Below are positions 33,800 through 45,522 of a stretch of DNA of 60,000 nucleotides, one piece after another; positions within the stretch are counted from its first letter, which is position 1, and every line of letters begins with the position of its first letter. The translations under genes were made by a program, and so were the position numbers. The DNA is from Malacoraja senta (taxonomy: Eukaryota): positions 13,146,001-13,206,000 of the forward strand of contig CM075991.1 of NCBI GenBank assembly GCA_038087875.1, written 5' to 3'. The notes under the pieces were generated by a model. It ran no database searches. It was not told where the DNA came from and worked only from the letters and a program-made list of their open reading frames with translations.

Positions 33800-36700
33800 T
33801 TATAATAGGTCCAAAAACGTAGACCACGTCTTTTGAAATTGGTCTACTTTGCCTACTAGGAGGAATCTCATCTCTTCCAGATGTAATGTTTCCAACATAT
33901 TTGATGTCCACATTTTTATTGTTGGTGTGGGCGCATTTTTCCAGAATTTAAGTATAAGCTTTTTTCCCATTATTAGCCCATAATTGAGTAAATTCTTCTG
34001 ATACACGTTTAATTCAGGAATACCTTCCGATATTCCAAAAATAATCCATTCTGGTTTTGGTACCAGTTTTATTTTGATTAATTTTGAAAAAATATCAAAT
34101 ATTTCAAACCAGAATTTTTGGATTTTTGTACAAAAAACAAAAGAATGTGCTATGGTAGCTTCTTGACATATACATTTATCACAGATTGGTGAGACGTTAG
34201 GAAAGATTTTATTTAGTTTGGTTTTTGAATAATATAATCTATGTAATGTTTTAAATTGGATAAGCGTATGTCGTACGTTGATCGAGCATTTATGCACCTG
34301 TAATAAATGATTATCCCAACTCTCTTTTGAAATTTTTATACCTAGATCTTGTTCCCAATCTCTTCTAATTCCATCTGTTGTGGGTATTTCTATGTTTAAG
34401 ATGATATTATATAAGTATGATATTAAATTAACTGATTCCGCCTTTGTCTTCATTGCTTCATCTAGTAAGTCGGAAGGCATATTATAATAATCTTTTGTGT
34501 GTGTTTTCAAATAGTCACAGATTTGTAGATATTTAAAATATTGATTATTTTTCAAATTATATTTCAGTTGTAGTTGTTGGAATGATAGTAATTTTTCTAA
34601 TTCATACAGATCTTCGAGCGTTTTGATTCCCATTCTTTCCCATTGTATAAATGCTTTATCTATGATTGAAGGTTTAAACGATGGGTTATTGACTATTGGT
34701 ATTAAGAGAGATAGGTTTCTTAATTTTAGATTCTGTTTTATTTGCTTCCATGTTCTAATAGTGCTATATATAATTGGATTTTTATTATAATTTTTATTAT
34801 TCAAATTTATTGGAGAGAGAATAATCGCTCCTATATTATTCGGGGAGCAATCCCCTTTTTCCATTATAATCCAGTCCACCTGCTGGGCAGAATTGTCCAG
34901 CAGGTGAATCATATTTTTAATATTTACTGCCCAGTTATAATACATAAAGTTAGGGAGCGCTAGACCCCCCAACTCTTTTCGTTTGTTAAGGTGTGTTCTT
35001 TGTATTCTGTGGGATTTGTAATCCCATATAAAATTTGTAATGTCTGAGTCCAGTTTTTTGAAAAACTTTTTTGGGAGATATATAGGTATTGATTGAAATA
35101 GGTAAAGGATTTGTGGTAAGAAAATCATTTTTATAGCATTTATCCTACCTATTAAGGACATCGGAAGTGTTTTCCAAAATTTAATCAAATTATTTAATTT
35201 CTTAAGTAGGGGATTATAATTAGCTTTAAACATATCATGGTAATTTCTAGTGATCTCAATTCCTAAATATTTGAATTTTTCCATAGCTATTTTAAAAGGG
35301 AATTTCCTGAGATGTGTTGAGTCTTTTGGTTTAATCGACATAATTTCACTTTTGTTCCAATTTATTCTATATCCTGAAAAGGATCCAAAGTCCTCAATTA
35401 AGTTTAATATATTTGGTATACTAATTTGTGGTTTTGTGATGTACAGTAGTACATCATCAGCATATAGGGATAGTTTGTTGTTTGAATATTTTGTGTTATA
35501 ACCGTGAATATTCGAGTGTGTTCTTATTTTTTCAGCAAGGGGTTCAATTACCAAAGCAAATAACAGCGGTGATAGTGAACATCCTTGTTTGTTGCCCCTA
35601 GATAATTCGAATTTTGAAGATAATATATTATTAGTTAGTATTCTAGCCGTAGGTTTGTTATATAGTAGTTTTATCCATGCAATAAAGTTTTCTCCCAATT
35701 GGAATTTTTGCAATACTTTGATCATATAGTCCCATTCTACTTGATCAAACGCTTTTTCTGCGTCCAGTGAGATGATAGCTAACTCTTGGTCATAAGATTT
35801 ATGTGAATGCATTATGTTAAGCAAACGTCTCAAATTATTAAATGAGTGTCTCTTAGGTATAAATCCTGTTTGATCCTCATGTATTAGTCTACTAACATAC
35901 TTGCTTAATCTATTGGCTAATGTTTTTGCTATTATTTTCTGATCCGTATTTAACAAAGCAATAGCTCTATATGATCCTGGTTCTTCTATATTTTTATCTT
36001 TTTTAAGTATTAATATGATCGTTGATTCCGCTAGTGTTTCAGGTAGGTTTTGCTCTTTATAAGCATATGTATACATTTTTTGTAATCGTGGAGTAACTAT
36101 ATCATAAAAAGATTTATAAAATTCATTACTGAATCCGTCTGGTCCTGGTGTTTTTCCATTTTTTAGTGTTTTTATTGTGTCTTCTATCTCCTTAGAAGTA
36201 ATTTGTGCTCCCAGTTCCTCTTGTTCCCTGCGTTCTAATTGTGGTAGATTACAATTATCTAAAAATTCTGAGATTTTATTATTGTCTATTGACGTTTTAG
36301 ATGTGTATAGATTCTGGTAAAATTGAGCAAATCTTTTATTAATATCCTTGGGTAGTGTTAATACTTCCCCTCTATCTGATTTAATCTTTAATATTGCATT
36401 CTCTTTTTCCCGTTTTTTAAGTTGTCGTGCTAGAAGTTTGTGGGGTTTGTCCCCGAATTCGAAGTGTTCTTGTTTTGTGATTTGAAATAATGTTATAACT
36501 TTCTCTGACAGTAATTTATTTAACTGAAATTTCAGTAGTAGTATTTTATTATGTTTATCCATAGTTGGGTCTTTAGCATTATCTATATCTAACTGTTTTA
36601 TTTGATCTTCTAAGTGTCTTTGTTCATTCTTATTCTTTTTATTTTGATAAGCTTGAAATGAAATAATGACTCCTCTTATAAATGCTTTGAAGGATTCCCA

Positions 36701-37569
36701 TAATAACGTGGGGGATATCTCTGGTGTATCATTTAACTCAAAAAATAGATCCATCTGTTTTTTTAGATAGATACTCCCTTGAGGGTCTTTTAAAATGTGT
36801 GAGTTAAACCTCCAGAACGGTTTATTCATAGACATTCCTTCTAGTTTTAGAACAAAAGTTAACGGAGAATGATCTGAGATCGCATTAATATGATATTTAG
36901 GATTCAAAGATTGCGGAATTAATTTTGTATCCACAAGAAAATAGTCTATCCGTGAATATGTTTTATGCACCATTGAATAAAACGAGTAATCCCTTCCCGT
37001 CGGGTTTGCAATCCTCCATACATCTGTTATATTTGTGTTTTCCATATATGTGTGCAATAGTTCACTAGTTTTAGATTTCGTCTGACCTTTTTGTTTTTGC
37101 ATCGATTTATCTAAATAAGGATCTAAAACACAATTAAAATCTCCTCCGATTATAACATTTTGATAATTAGATTCTGCAATTATATTCAGAATGTTATTAA
37201 AAAATTGAGGGTTATCAAAGTTGGGCGCATATATGTTTACCAGCGTAATTGGCATATTATTGATCTCCCCTGCTACTATAAGATATCTCCCTTCCTTATC
37301 TAAAATAGTGTTCTTTGATTTAAATGGAATTCCTTTACGAATAATAATTGCAGTACCTCTAGATTTGGAGGTAAATGAAGAGTGAAATGTTTGGCCTATC
37401 CAGTTCGCCCTCAGTCTTGTCTGATCTTGCTGTTTAAGATGTGTTTCCTGTAGAAACGCAATGTCCGTGTTGTATGATTTCAACTGAGCTAGTATCTTGC
37501 CCCTTTTAATAGGTTCATTAATCCCCCTTATATTCCAACTACATAATGTGATTCCTCCTATTTTCTTCT
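33800..37569 (-). CDS. L1 ORF2 (APE endonuclease, RT, CCHC), open but separated from its probable ATG
   Basis: SWNIRG, LQETH, GDFN, SDH, PGPDG, YADD, CDKC...H....C; no in-frame stop for over 1250 codons. Confidence 0.95.
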
Positions 37570-38831
37570 TAGTGGGCCCAGCCCTTACTAAGGCCGGAGA
37601 TGATGTGTCATAACCAACGTGTCAAAGCACTTCATCCACAGACATCAGTGTTACTGGTCAGTGATCATTGAGACAGTGATCATTGAGCAGAACACTCAAT
37701 CACGTTCACCCACTTGCTTAACACCAGCAACTCAACAGCTATCATTGGTTTGCAAACCTAAAACAAATCAAAGGGCAGAGAAAGGTGAGAGGTGAAAGTA
37801 CACAGATACATTAAAAAATAGGTGCAGGAGGAGGCCATTCGGCCCTTCGAGCCAGCACCGCCATTCAATGTGATCATGGCTGATCATCCCCAATCAGTAC
37901 CCCGTTCCTGCCTTCTCCCCATATCCTTTGACTCCGCTATCTTTAAGAGCCCTATCTATCTCTCTCTTGAAAGTATCCAGAGAACCGGCCTCCACCGCCC
38001 TCTGAGGCAGAGAATTCCACAGACTCTCAACTCTGTGAAAAAGGGTTTCCCCATCTCTGTTCTAAATGGCTTACTCCTTATTCTTAAACTGTTGCCCCTG
38101 GTTCTGGACTCCCCCAACATCGGGAACATGTTTCCTGCCTCTAGCGTATCCAAACCCTTAATAATCTTATGTGTTTCAATAAGATCCCCTCTCAACCTTC
38201 TAAACTCCAGAGTATATAAGCCCAGCCGCTCCATTCTCTCATCATATGACAGTTGGGACAGACGCTTAATAAAGCATCAGCATGTTCAAATAACCATGTC
38301 ATGTCTGAATGCATTCTAGTTACTCCTCCTTGGTCAGTTATTACAGTGTGTGACGCATGGACTCGTTCCACGGCATGAAATCACAGAGCTTTGAAATCTT
38401 CACGTAGTCACTCACGTGAGTCAGAAGTAAAATAGTAAGATTAAACAAGAACTTACCAGTTAGAAGTTTGATCTTTATTTTATGAGGCGTTACGTTGTGG
38501 GATTACGTGCCCTCCACTCCCAACCCTCTATCATAAAGGTCAGCTGGTATGCTAGTTCTCTGATCTTACTATATTCAGTTCACCAACTGTCATCTGTGAT
38601 TTCACACCGCTGCTTTGAAGATTTGCGTGCTGGCGGGTTCTTCACGTAATCCCTCAACGTAACCCCTCATGAAATAAAGATCAAACTTCAAACTGGTAAG
38701 TTCTCATTTAATCTTACTATTAAATAAATCAAAATAAAGGAAAAGATGATCGACTGTTGGCCTGATGCTGTGTGCACAGCATCAGTACAGCTCACTGGAA
38801 GTGAGTTACAAGGCAGGGATGCTCATTACAT
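37570..38831 (-). repeat. 1262-bp inverted copy of 41363-42624 inserted in the L1
   Basis: Reverse-complement match at both ends; identical translations of 37822-38319 (+) and 41875-42372 (-). Confidence 0.95.
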
Positions 38832-39418
38832 TCTCAGCATTTTGTAAAACTATATAAGCCGTATATATTTTTCATACCAACCTCGAGTGTATATTATCTC
38901 TTAACTATTTTAAATTGGTTTTAATATTGTTAAAAATGAGCTGTTCGCTGGAAGGGTTAACGGGAGTCTGGCTCCTGGAGTTATGCCAGGTACCCGGTCT
39001 CCCCCTCCCTCCACTCTCGAGCTGCATAGCACTTGCTGTTATCTGCTAAACAGAGCAGGCTGCACATTTTTTATCTATTACAATTGCTATTTCTATATTA
39101 GTATTGTTAATTATTAATTATTATTAGTTCTCAGTTTTTTCAGTTTTTTATAAACAATATAAGCCATGTGATGTTTTTCACTCTCAGCCCAGCAGTTCGT
39201 CCCGTGTTATCAGGTTTTCCTCGTTTGAGCACGTAGTGTCCTTGAATTACATAGCACAATGTTCCAGCGAAGATAATAATGTCTAGCCACGTCTCACTAA
39301 GAATCTGTTGCTTGAAGTCAAATAAAAAATAAAAAATCAGTGTTCAGTTAATTCACTTTCCTTGTGATACTCATGTTGGGAGAATAAGCAAGTTCGTTTG
39401 TTCATGTCGTCTTGGTTT

Positions 39419-40414
39419 TCAATCTCCAGTTGATGCAGCCTTAGTCGCGATTTCTTGAGCGTATTTGAGAGATTCATCCGAATTAGTGAATGTTTTTGAC
39501 ACTCCCTCAAAGGTAATACGCATTCTAGCCGGATAGAACACTCCACACAAAACTCCCTTAACACCATAAAGAACTTCTCTGGTCTGTGAGAACTTTCTTC
39601 TCTTTTGCTCAATCTCATAAGGGTAGTCCCGTAGGAGTTTAATAGTATCACCTCTGTACATCATCTTCTCTCCGTGGTTGATTTTTTTCATCAGCGCTTC
39701 CATTGTTGAGATATCCCGAAGTTTAATTATGATCTGTCGTGGGTAGGCACGTTCTCCTTGAGATCTTGATTTAAATCTAGGGAGTCGATGTGCTACTTCA
39801 ATTACAGGTACTTCTGGTAGCTTCAGTACGTGTTTAATTAGGTTGGCAGCGAACTCACAAACATTGTCCCCCTCAGCTCCCTCTTTTACACCACGTATTC
39901 TTATATTTTGACGTCTTGAGCGAGCTTCTAGGTCAACACATTTATTCGAAACCTTTGTGACTTGGTTCTTGAGACTATCTATTTCTGACTTCATAGTCTG
40001 CATCTCTCCAGCCATCACTTCCACAGCAGCTTCCAAATCTTTCACTGCAGATGCATTTGCAGCCACAGTTTCGTGCACAGCCTCAAACCTCTTTATGGTC
40101 TCTTCTGCCACCTTTTCAATTTTTATCGATAATCCTTTTTCCACACCTTCAATTCTTTTTTGGAGAGCCTCAATACCCTCAAGTATTTTATCATTACCGG
40201 CCATCAATTTACTGTTCCCAGCTTCCATATCATTTTTGATATCTCTTACCGAGTTTCTTAAGTCCTCCATTTCGGCTTTCTCTTTTGCAGATCGAGTAGC
40301 CATTCCAGAGACCTCTCCAGAGGTCAGTTCTGAAGTTTCTTGCTGTTCCAGAGTCTTCAGCAGATGTTTTGAGATTTTCCTCTGTGGGCTCTGACCTGGA
40401 GATGTACTTTTCAT
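39419..40414 (-). CDS. L1 ORF1 (coiled coil plus RRM/CTD), intact
   Basis: 331 aa with DLEARSRRQNIRIRGVKEG, AHR, PRQII, FYPARMRI. Confidence 0.92.
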   Translation of the reverse strand: MKSTSPGQSPQRKISKHLLKTLEQQETSELTSGEVSGMATRSAKEKAEMEDLRNSVRDIKNDMEAGNSKLMAGNDKILEGIEALQKRIEGVEKGLSIKIEKVAEETIKRFEAVHETVAANASAVKDLEAAVEVMAGEMQTMKSEIDSLKNQVTKVSNKCVDLEARSRRQNIRIRGVKEGAEGDNVCEFAANLIKHVLKLPEVPVIEVAHRLPRFKSRSQGERAYPRQIIIKLRDISTMEALMKKINHGEKMMYRGDTIKLLRDYPYEIEQKRRKFSQTREVLYGVKGVLCGVFYPARMRITFEGVSKTFTNSDESLKYAQEIATKAASTGD

Positions 40415-41472
40415 TTAAAATGACTTTCCCTCCGTTAAAATCGCGGCGCTTACTGATGACGTCATCAGCACCGCGACATGAAGCTCCGGTAAGTTTTTAA
40501 AAACGGTCCCGACCTCCAGACCCGATTTTAAAGCGAAAAAACGCGATTTTTTCAGCGGAGCTAAAAAGTTTGCGACTGCTAGCAAAGCATGTCGCCACCG
40601 GAAGTCTCCTTGTCATATCTTTGTCTCCGTCTGCGCCGAGGCCTAATATCGTGGAGCTGGAGGCCTCCAACTGGAATCGACCTTGGGGGCTCCGGTGGCA
40701 GAGCCTGTAGACTCACCATCGCGGAGCTGGCTGACTCCGGCTGTGGTGGTGCTGTGGCTGCGACCCGACTTTGGAGCTTCGGCCGCGAGCCATGTGGACG
40801 GTAGCATCGGGAGCTCGCAGGTCCCTGGTTGGTGACCGATTCTCGGGAGCTCCCGCAACAGCAGCTTCATCCACCACGGGTCACGGAGTTTGAATCAGCC
40901 CATTCGCGGAGCTTTGAATCGGCCGCGGGATTTACCATCACCCTGCGAGGGCTTCAACATCGAGAGCCTTGATCGCCTCGACGCAGCGGGAGAACAAGCA
41001 AGGAAGAGATAAGACTTTTTGCCTTCCATCACAGTGAGGAGATGCCTGGAGATTCACTGTGATGGATGTTTGTGTTAAATTCTGTTCATTGTGTGTATTA
41101 TGTTGCTTTTTTTTCTGTCATGACTGCAAGCTACGCAATTTCTTTCTAACTATTGTTTGAATGACAATAAAGGAAATTCAATTCAATTCAAGAAGAAGAA
41201 GGTTACCGGTTAGGTGACTGAACTGGATCACATTTACATGACATTCCCTATGGATTACTCATGGGATGGGACAGTTTTTATTTCCATAATGATCCCAGTT
41301 TTCCCATTTACACTTCTCATCCCTTTTATCTAGCCATGCATCAACCTTTTCTTTTGATTAACATGTAATGAGCATCCCTGCCTTGTAACTCACTTCCAGT
41401 GAGCTGTACTGATGCTGTGCACACAGCATCAGGCCAACAGTCGATCATCTTTTCCTTTATTTTGATTTATTT

Positions 41473-41763
41473 AATAGTAAGATTAAATGAGAACTTACCA
41501 GTTTGAAGTTTGATCTTTATTTCATGAGGGGTTACGTTGAGGGATTACGTGAAGAACCCGCCAGCACGCAAATCTTCAAAGCAGCGGTGTGAAATCACAG
41601 ATGACAGTTGGTGAACTGAATATAGTAAGATCAGAGAACTAGCATACCAGCTGACCTTTATGATAGAGGGTTGGGAGTGGAGGGCACGTAATCCCACAAC
41701 GTAACGCCTCATAAAATAAAGATCAAACTTCTAACTGGTAAGTTCTTGTTTAATCTTACTATT
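41473..41763. repeat. Fold-back element with ~80-bp inverted arms (MITE or DIRS-type terminus); copies at 38431-38721 and 44030-44320
   Basis: AATAGTAAGATTAAA..AACTTACCAGTT..GATTACGTG is mirrored by CACGTAATCCC..AACTGGTAAGTT..TTTAATCTTACTATT. Confidence 0.8.
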
Positions 41764-41954
41764 TTACTTCTGACTCACGTGAGTGACTACGTGAAGATTT
41801 CAAAGCTCTGTGATTTCATGCCGTGGAACGAGTCCATGCGTCACACACTGTAATAACTGACCAAGGAGGAGTAACTAGAATGCATTCAGACATGACATGG
41901 TTATTTGAACATGCTGATGCTTTATTAAGCGTCTGTCCCAACTGTCATATGATG

Positions 41955-42378
41955 AGAGAATGGAGCGGCTGGGCTTATATACTCTGGAGTTTAGAAGGTT
42001 GAGAGGGGATCTTATTGAAACACATAAGATTATTAAGGGTTTGGATACGCTAGAGGCAGGAAACATGTTCCCGATGTTGGGGGAGTCCAGAACCAGGGGC
42101 AACAGTTTAAGAATAAGGAGTAAGCCATTTAGAACAGAGATGGGGAAACCCTTTTTCACAGAGTTGAGAGTCTGTGGAATTCTCTGCCTCAGAGGGCGGT
42201 GGAGGCCGGTTCTCTGGATACTTTCAAGAGAGAGATAGATAGGGCTCTTAAAGATAGCGGAGTCAAAGGATATGGGGAGAAGGCAGGAACGGGGTACTGA
42301 TTGGGGATGATCAGCCATGATCACATTGAATGGCGGTGCTGGCTCGAAGGGCCGAATGGCCTCCTCCTGCACCTATTT
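41955..42378 (+). mobile_element. CR1 LINE 3' fragment (copies 37816-38240 on -, 44512-44935 on +)
   Basis: ERLGLYTLEFRRLRGDLIETHKIIKG and CR1 3' UTR. Confidence 0.85.
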
Positions 42379-45212
42379 TTTAATGTATCTGTGTACTTTC
42401 ACCTCTCACCTTTCTCTGCCCTTTGATTTGTTTTAGGTTTGCAAACCAATGATAGCTGTTGAGTTGCTGGTGTTAAGCAAGTGGGTGAACGTGATTGAGT
42501 GTTCTGCTCAATGATCACTGTCTCAATGATCACTGACCAGTAACACTGATGTCTGTGGATGAAGTGCTTTGACACGTTGGTTATGACACATCATCTCCGG
42601 CCTTAGTAAGGGCTGGGCCCACTACTATTTCTCTACTGTGAAATTGGATCAACAATATTGATTACAATATTGTTTGCAATGGATGAAATACATTTGGAGG
42701 CTGGAGGCATAGATTTAAGACAAAATATGATGTATACTTGTTGGTACATGAAACCGTGTCGTTGAGATCAGACTATTTGACTGAACTGATTTCACACTTG
42801 ACTGGAGAGAGACAGTGGGTAACAAATAACACATCTAATTTGCGTATTGTTTCCGGTTTGGGGTGGGAGATTGCAACCTTCACGTGGTCCACCCTGTTTA
42901 GACGAATGCAATCAACCCGACATGCACAAACAAGCTCAAATAGAACAAGTTGACCTGCATCTTTAGGCTGTGCATGCCATACACAAGAATTTCCAGAAGT
43001 GGCGGCGCTGCCAAGCAGCTCGCTTGCAGTCCGTCTGTCTTTTCCTTTTTTTGTTTTATTTTGTCTTGTTAGATGTACGTTTTAGACTAATTTTAGTTGT
43101 GTATATGTGGGTGGTGGGGGAAACTTTTTTTAACTCTTCCTTCAACAGGAATGCGACCTTTTCCTTGTCATATCTTTGTCTCCGTCTGCGCCGAGGCCTA
43201 ATATCGTGGAGCTGGAGGCCTCCAACTGGAATCGACCTTGGGGGCTCCGGTGGCAGAGCCTGTAGACTCACCATCGCGGAGCTGGCTGACTCCGGCTGTG
43301 GTGGTGCTGTGGCTGCGACCCGACTTTGGAGCTTCGGCCGCGAGCCATGTGGACGGTAGCATCGGGTGCTCGCAGGTCCCTGGTTGGTGACCGATTCTCG
43401 GGAGCTCCCGCAACAGCAGCTTCATCCACCACGGGTCGCGGAGTTTGAATCAGCCCATTCGCGGAGCTTGGAATCGGCCGCGGGATTTACCATCACCCTG
43501 CGAGGGCTTCAACATCGAGAGCCTTGATCGCCTCGACGCAGCGGGAGAACAAGCAAGGAAGAGATAAGACTTTTTGCCTTCCATCACAGTGAGGAGATGC
43601 CTGGAGATTCACTGTGATGGATGTTTGTGTTAAATTCTGTTCATTGTGTGTATTATGTTGCTTTTTTTTCTGTCATGACTGCAAGCTACGCAATTTCTTT
43701 CTAACTATTGTTTGAATGACAATAAAGGAAATTCAATTCAATTCAAGAAGAAGAAGGTTACCGGTTAGGTGACTGAACTGGATCACATTTACATGACATT
43801 CCCTATGGATTACTCGTGGGATGGGACAGAGTTTTTATTTCCATAATGATCCCAGTTTTCCCATTTACACTTCTCATCCCTTTTATCTAGCCATGCATCA
43901 ACCTTTTCTTTTGATTAACATGTAATGAGCATCCCTGCCTTGTAACTCACTTCCAGTGAGCTGTACTGATGCTGTGCACACAGCATCAGGCCAACAGTCG
44001 ATCATCTTTTCCTTTATTTTGATTTATTTAATAGTAAGATTAAATGAGAACTTACCAGTTTGAAGTTTGATCTTTATTTTATGAGGGGTTACGTTGAGGG
44101 ATTACGTGAAGAACCCGCCAGCACGCAAATCTTCAAAGCAGCGGTGTGAAATCACAGATGACAGTTGGTGAACTGAATATAGTAAGATTAGAGAACTAGC
44201 ATACCAGCTGACCTTTATGATAGAGGGTTGGGAGTGGAGGGCACGTAATCCCACAACGTAACGCCTCATAAAATAAAGATCAAACTTCTAACTGGTAAGT
44301 TCTTGTTTAATCTTACTATTTTACTTCTGATTCACGTGAGTGACTACGTGAAGATTTCAAAGCTCTGTGATTTCATGCCGTGGAACGAGTCCATGCGTCA
44401 CACACTGTAATAACTGACCAAGGAGGAGTAACTAGAATGCATTCAGACATGACATGGTTATTTGAACATGCTGATGCTTTATTAAGCGTCTGTCCCAACT
44501 GTCATATGCTGAGAGAATGGAGCGGCTGGGCTTATATACTCTGGAGTTTAGAAGGTTGAGAGGGGATCTTATTGAAACACATAAGATTATTAAGGGTTTG
44601 GATACGCTAGAGGCAGGAAACATGTTCCTGATGTTGGGGAGTCCAGAACCAGGGGCAACAGTTTAAGAATAAGGAGTAAGCCATTTAGAACAGAGATGAG
44701 GAAACCCTTTTTCACAGAGTTGAGAGTCTGTGGAATTCTCTGCCTCAGAGGGCGGTGGAGGCTGGTTCTCTGGATACTTTCAAGAGAGAGATAGATAGGG
44801 CTCTTAAAGATAGCGGAATCAAAGGATATGGGGAGAAGGCAGGAACGGGGTACTGATTGGGGATGATCAGCCATGATCACATTGAATGGCGGTGCTGGCT
44901 CGAAGGGCCGAATGGCCTCCTCCTGCACCTATTTTTTTAATGTATCTGTGTACTTTCACCTCTCACCTTTCTCTGCCCTTTGATTTGTTTTAGGTTTGCA
45001 AACCAATGATAGCTGTTGAGTTGCTGGTGTTAAGCAAGTGGGTGAACGTGATTGAGTGTTCTGCTCAGCGATGCTCTTGACCAAAGATCACAGAGCTCAT
45101 ATAATCTTTGCTCTTGTTCAAGAGGGAACTCCAGATGCTGGAAAATCGAAGGTAGACAAAATTGCTGGGGAAACCCAGCGGGTGCCGCAGCATCTATGGA
45201 GCGAAGGAAATA

Positions 45213-45246
45213 GGCGACGTTTCGGGCCGAAACCCTTCTTCAGACT
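45213..45246 (-). ncRNA. Minimal hammerhead ribozyme core in a Penelope-derived repeat
   Basis: Minus strand AGT-CTGAAGA-A-GGGT-TTCG-GCCC-GAAA-C-GTC: both catalytic boxes and a 4-bp stem II. Confidence 0.6.
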
Positions 45247-45308
45247 AATCTTTGCTCTTGACTCTTCCCGCCAACGGTGCGGCCCATGCGCGCGCCCGCC
45301 TCTCTCGC

Positions 45309-45426
45309 GCCGTGCGTGACGTGCGCACCCACTGCCGTGCGTGACGTGCGCACCCACTGCCGTGCGTGACGTGCGCACCCACTGCCGTGCGTGACGTGCG
45401 CACCCACTGCCGTGCGTGACGTGCGC
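45309..45426. repeat. Perfect 25-bp tandem repeat (GCCGTGCGTGACGTGCGCACCCACT, about 4.7 copies) in the PURB promoter
   Basis: Four exact units plus an 18-nt partial unit. Confidence 0.95.
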
Positions 45427-45522
45427 GGCGCCCCCCCCCCCCCCAGCCGTGGGCTGGGGAGATCTCGCGAGGAGCGGCTCCGCTCGGACGGACGGTCGGA
45501 GAGGGAAGGCTGGTGGCTCAAG

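Larger units (their letters stand above)
33373..40606 (-). mobile_element. Full-length young L1 retrotransposon
   Basis: 5' end GACTTCCGGTGGCG, ORF1, ORF2, ~30-nt poly-A; TSD TCCTTGTCATATC at 33360-33372 and 40607-40619; empty site visible near 43160. Confidence 0.95.
32717..45068. repeat. Tandem duplication of a ~2.55-kb unit (copy 1 = 32717-33372 + 40620-42510, interrupted by L1; copy 2 = 42519-45068)
   Basis: Near-identical sequence and duplicated ORF-track entries (32936/42738, 40643/43198, 41875/44590). Confidence 0.9.

Noticed and set aside
45309..45426. CRISPR-like array
   Set aside because: Head-to-tail repeats with no unique spacers, in vertebrate DNA with no cas genes
45391..45522. 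N-terminal extension of PURB from the GTG start in the ORF track
   Set aside because: It arises from the promoter repeat; the ATG at 45523 has a strong Kozak context and matches the known PURB N-terminus
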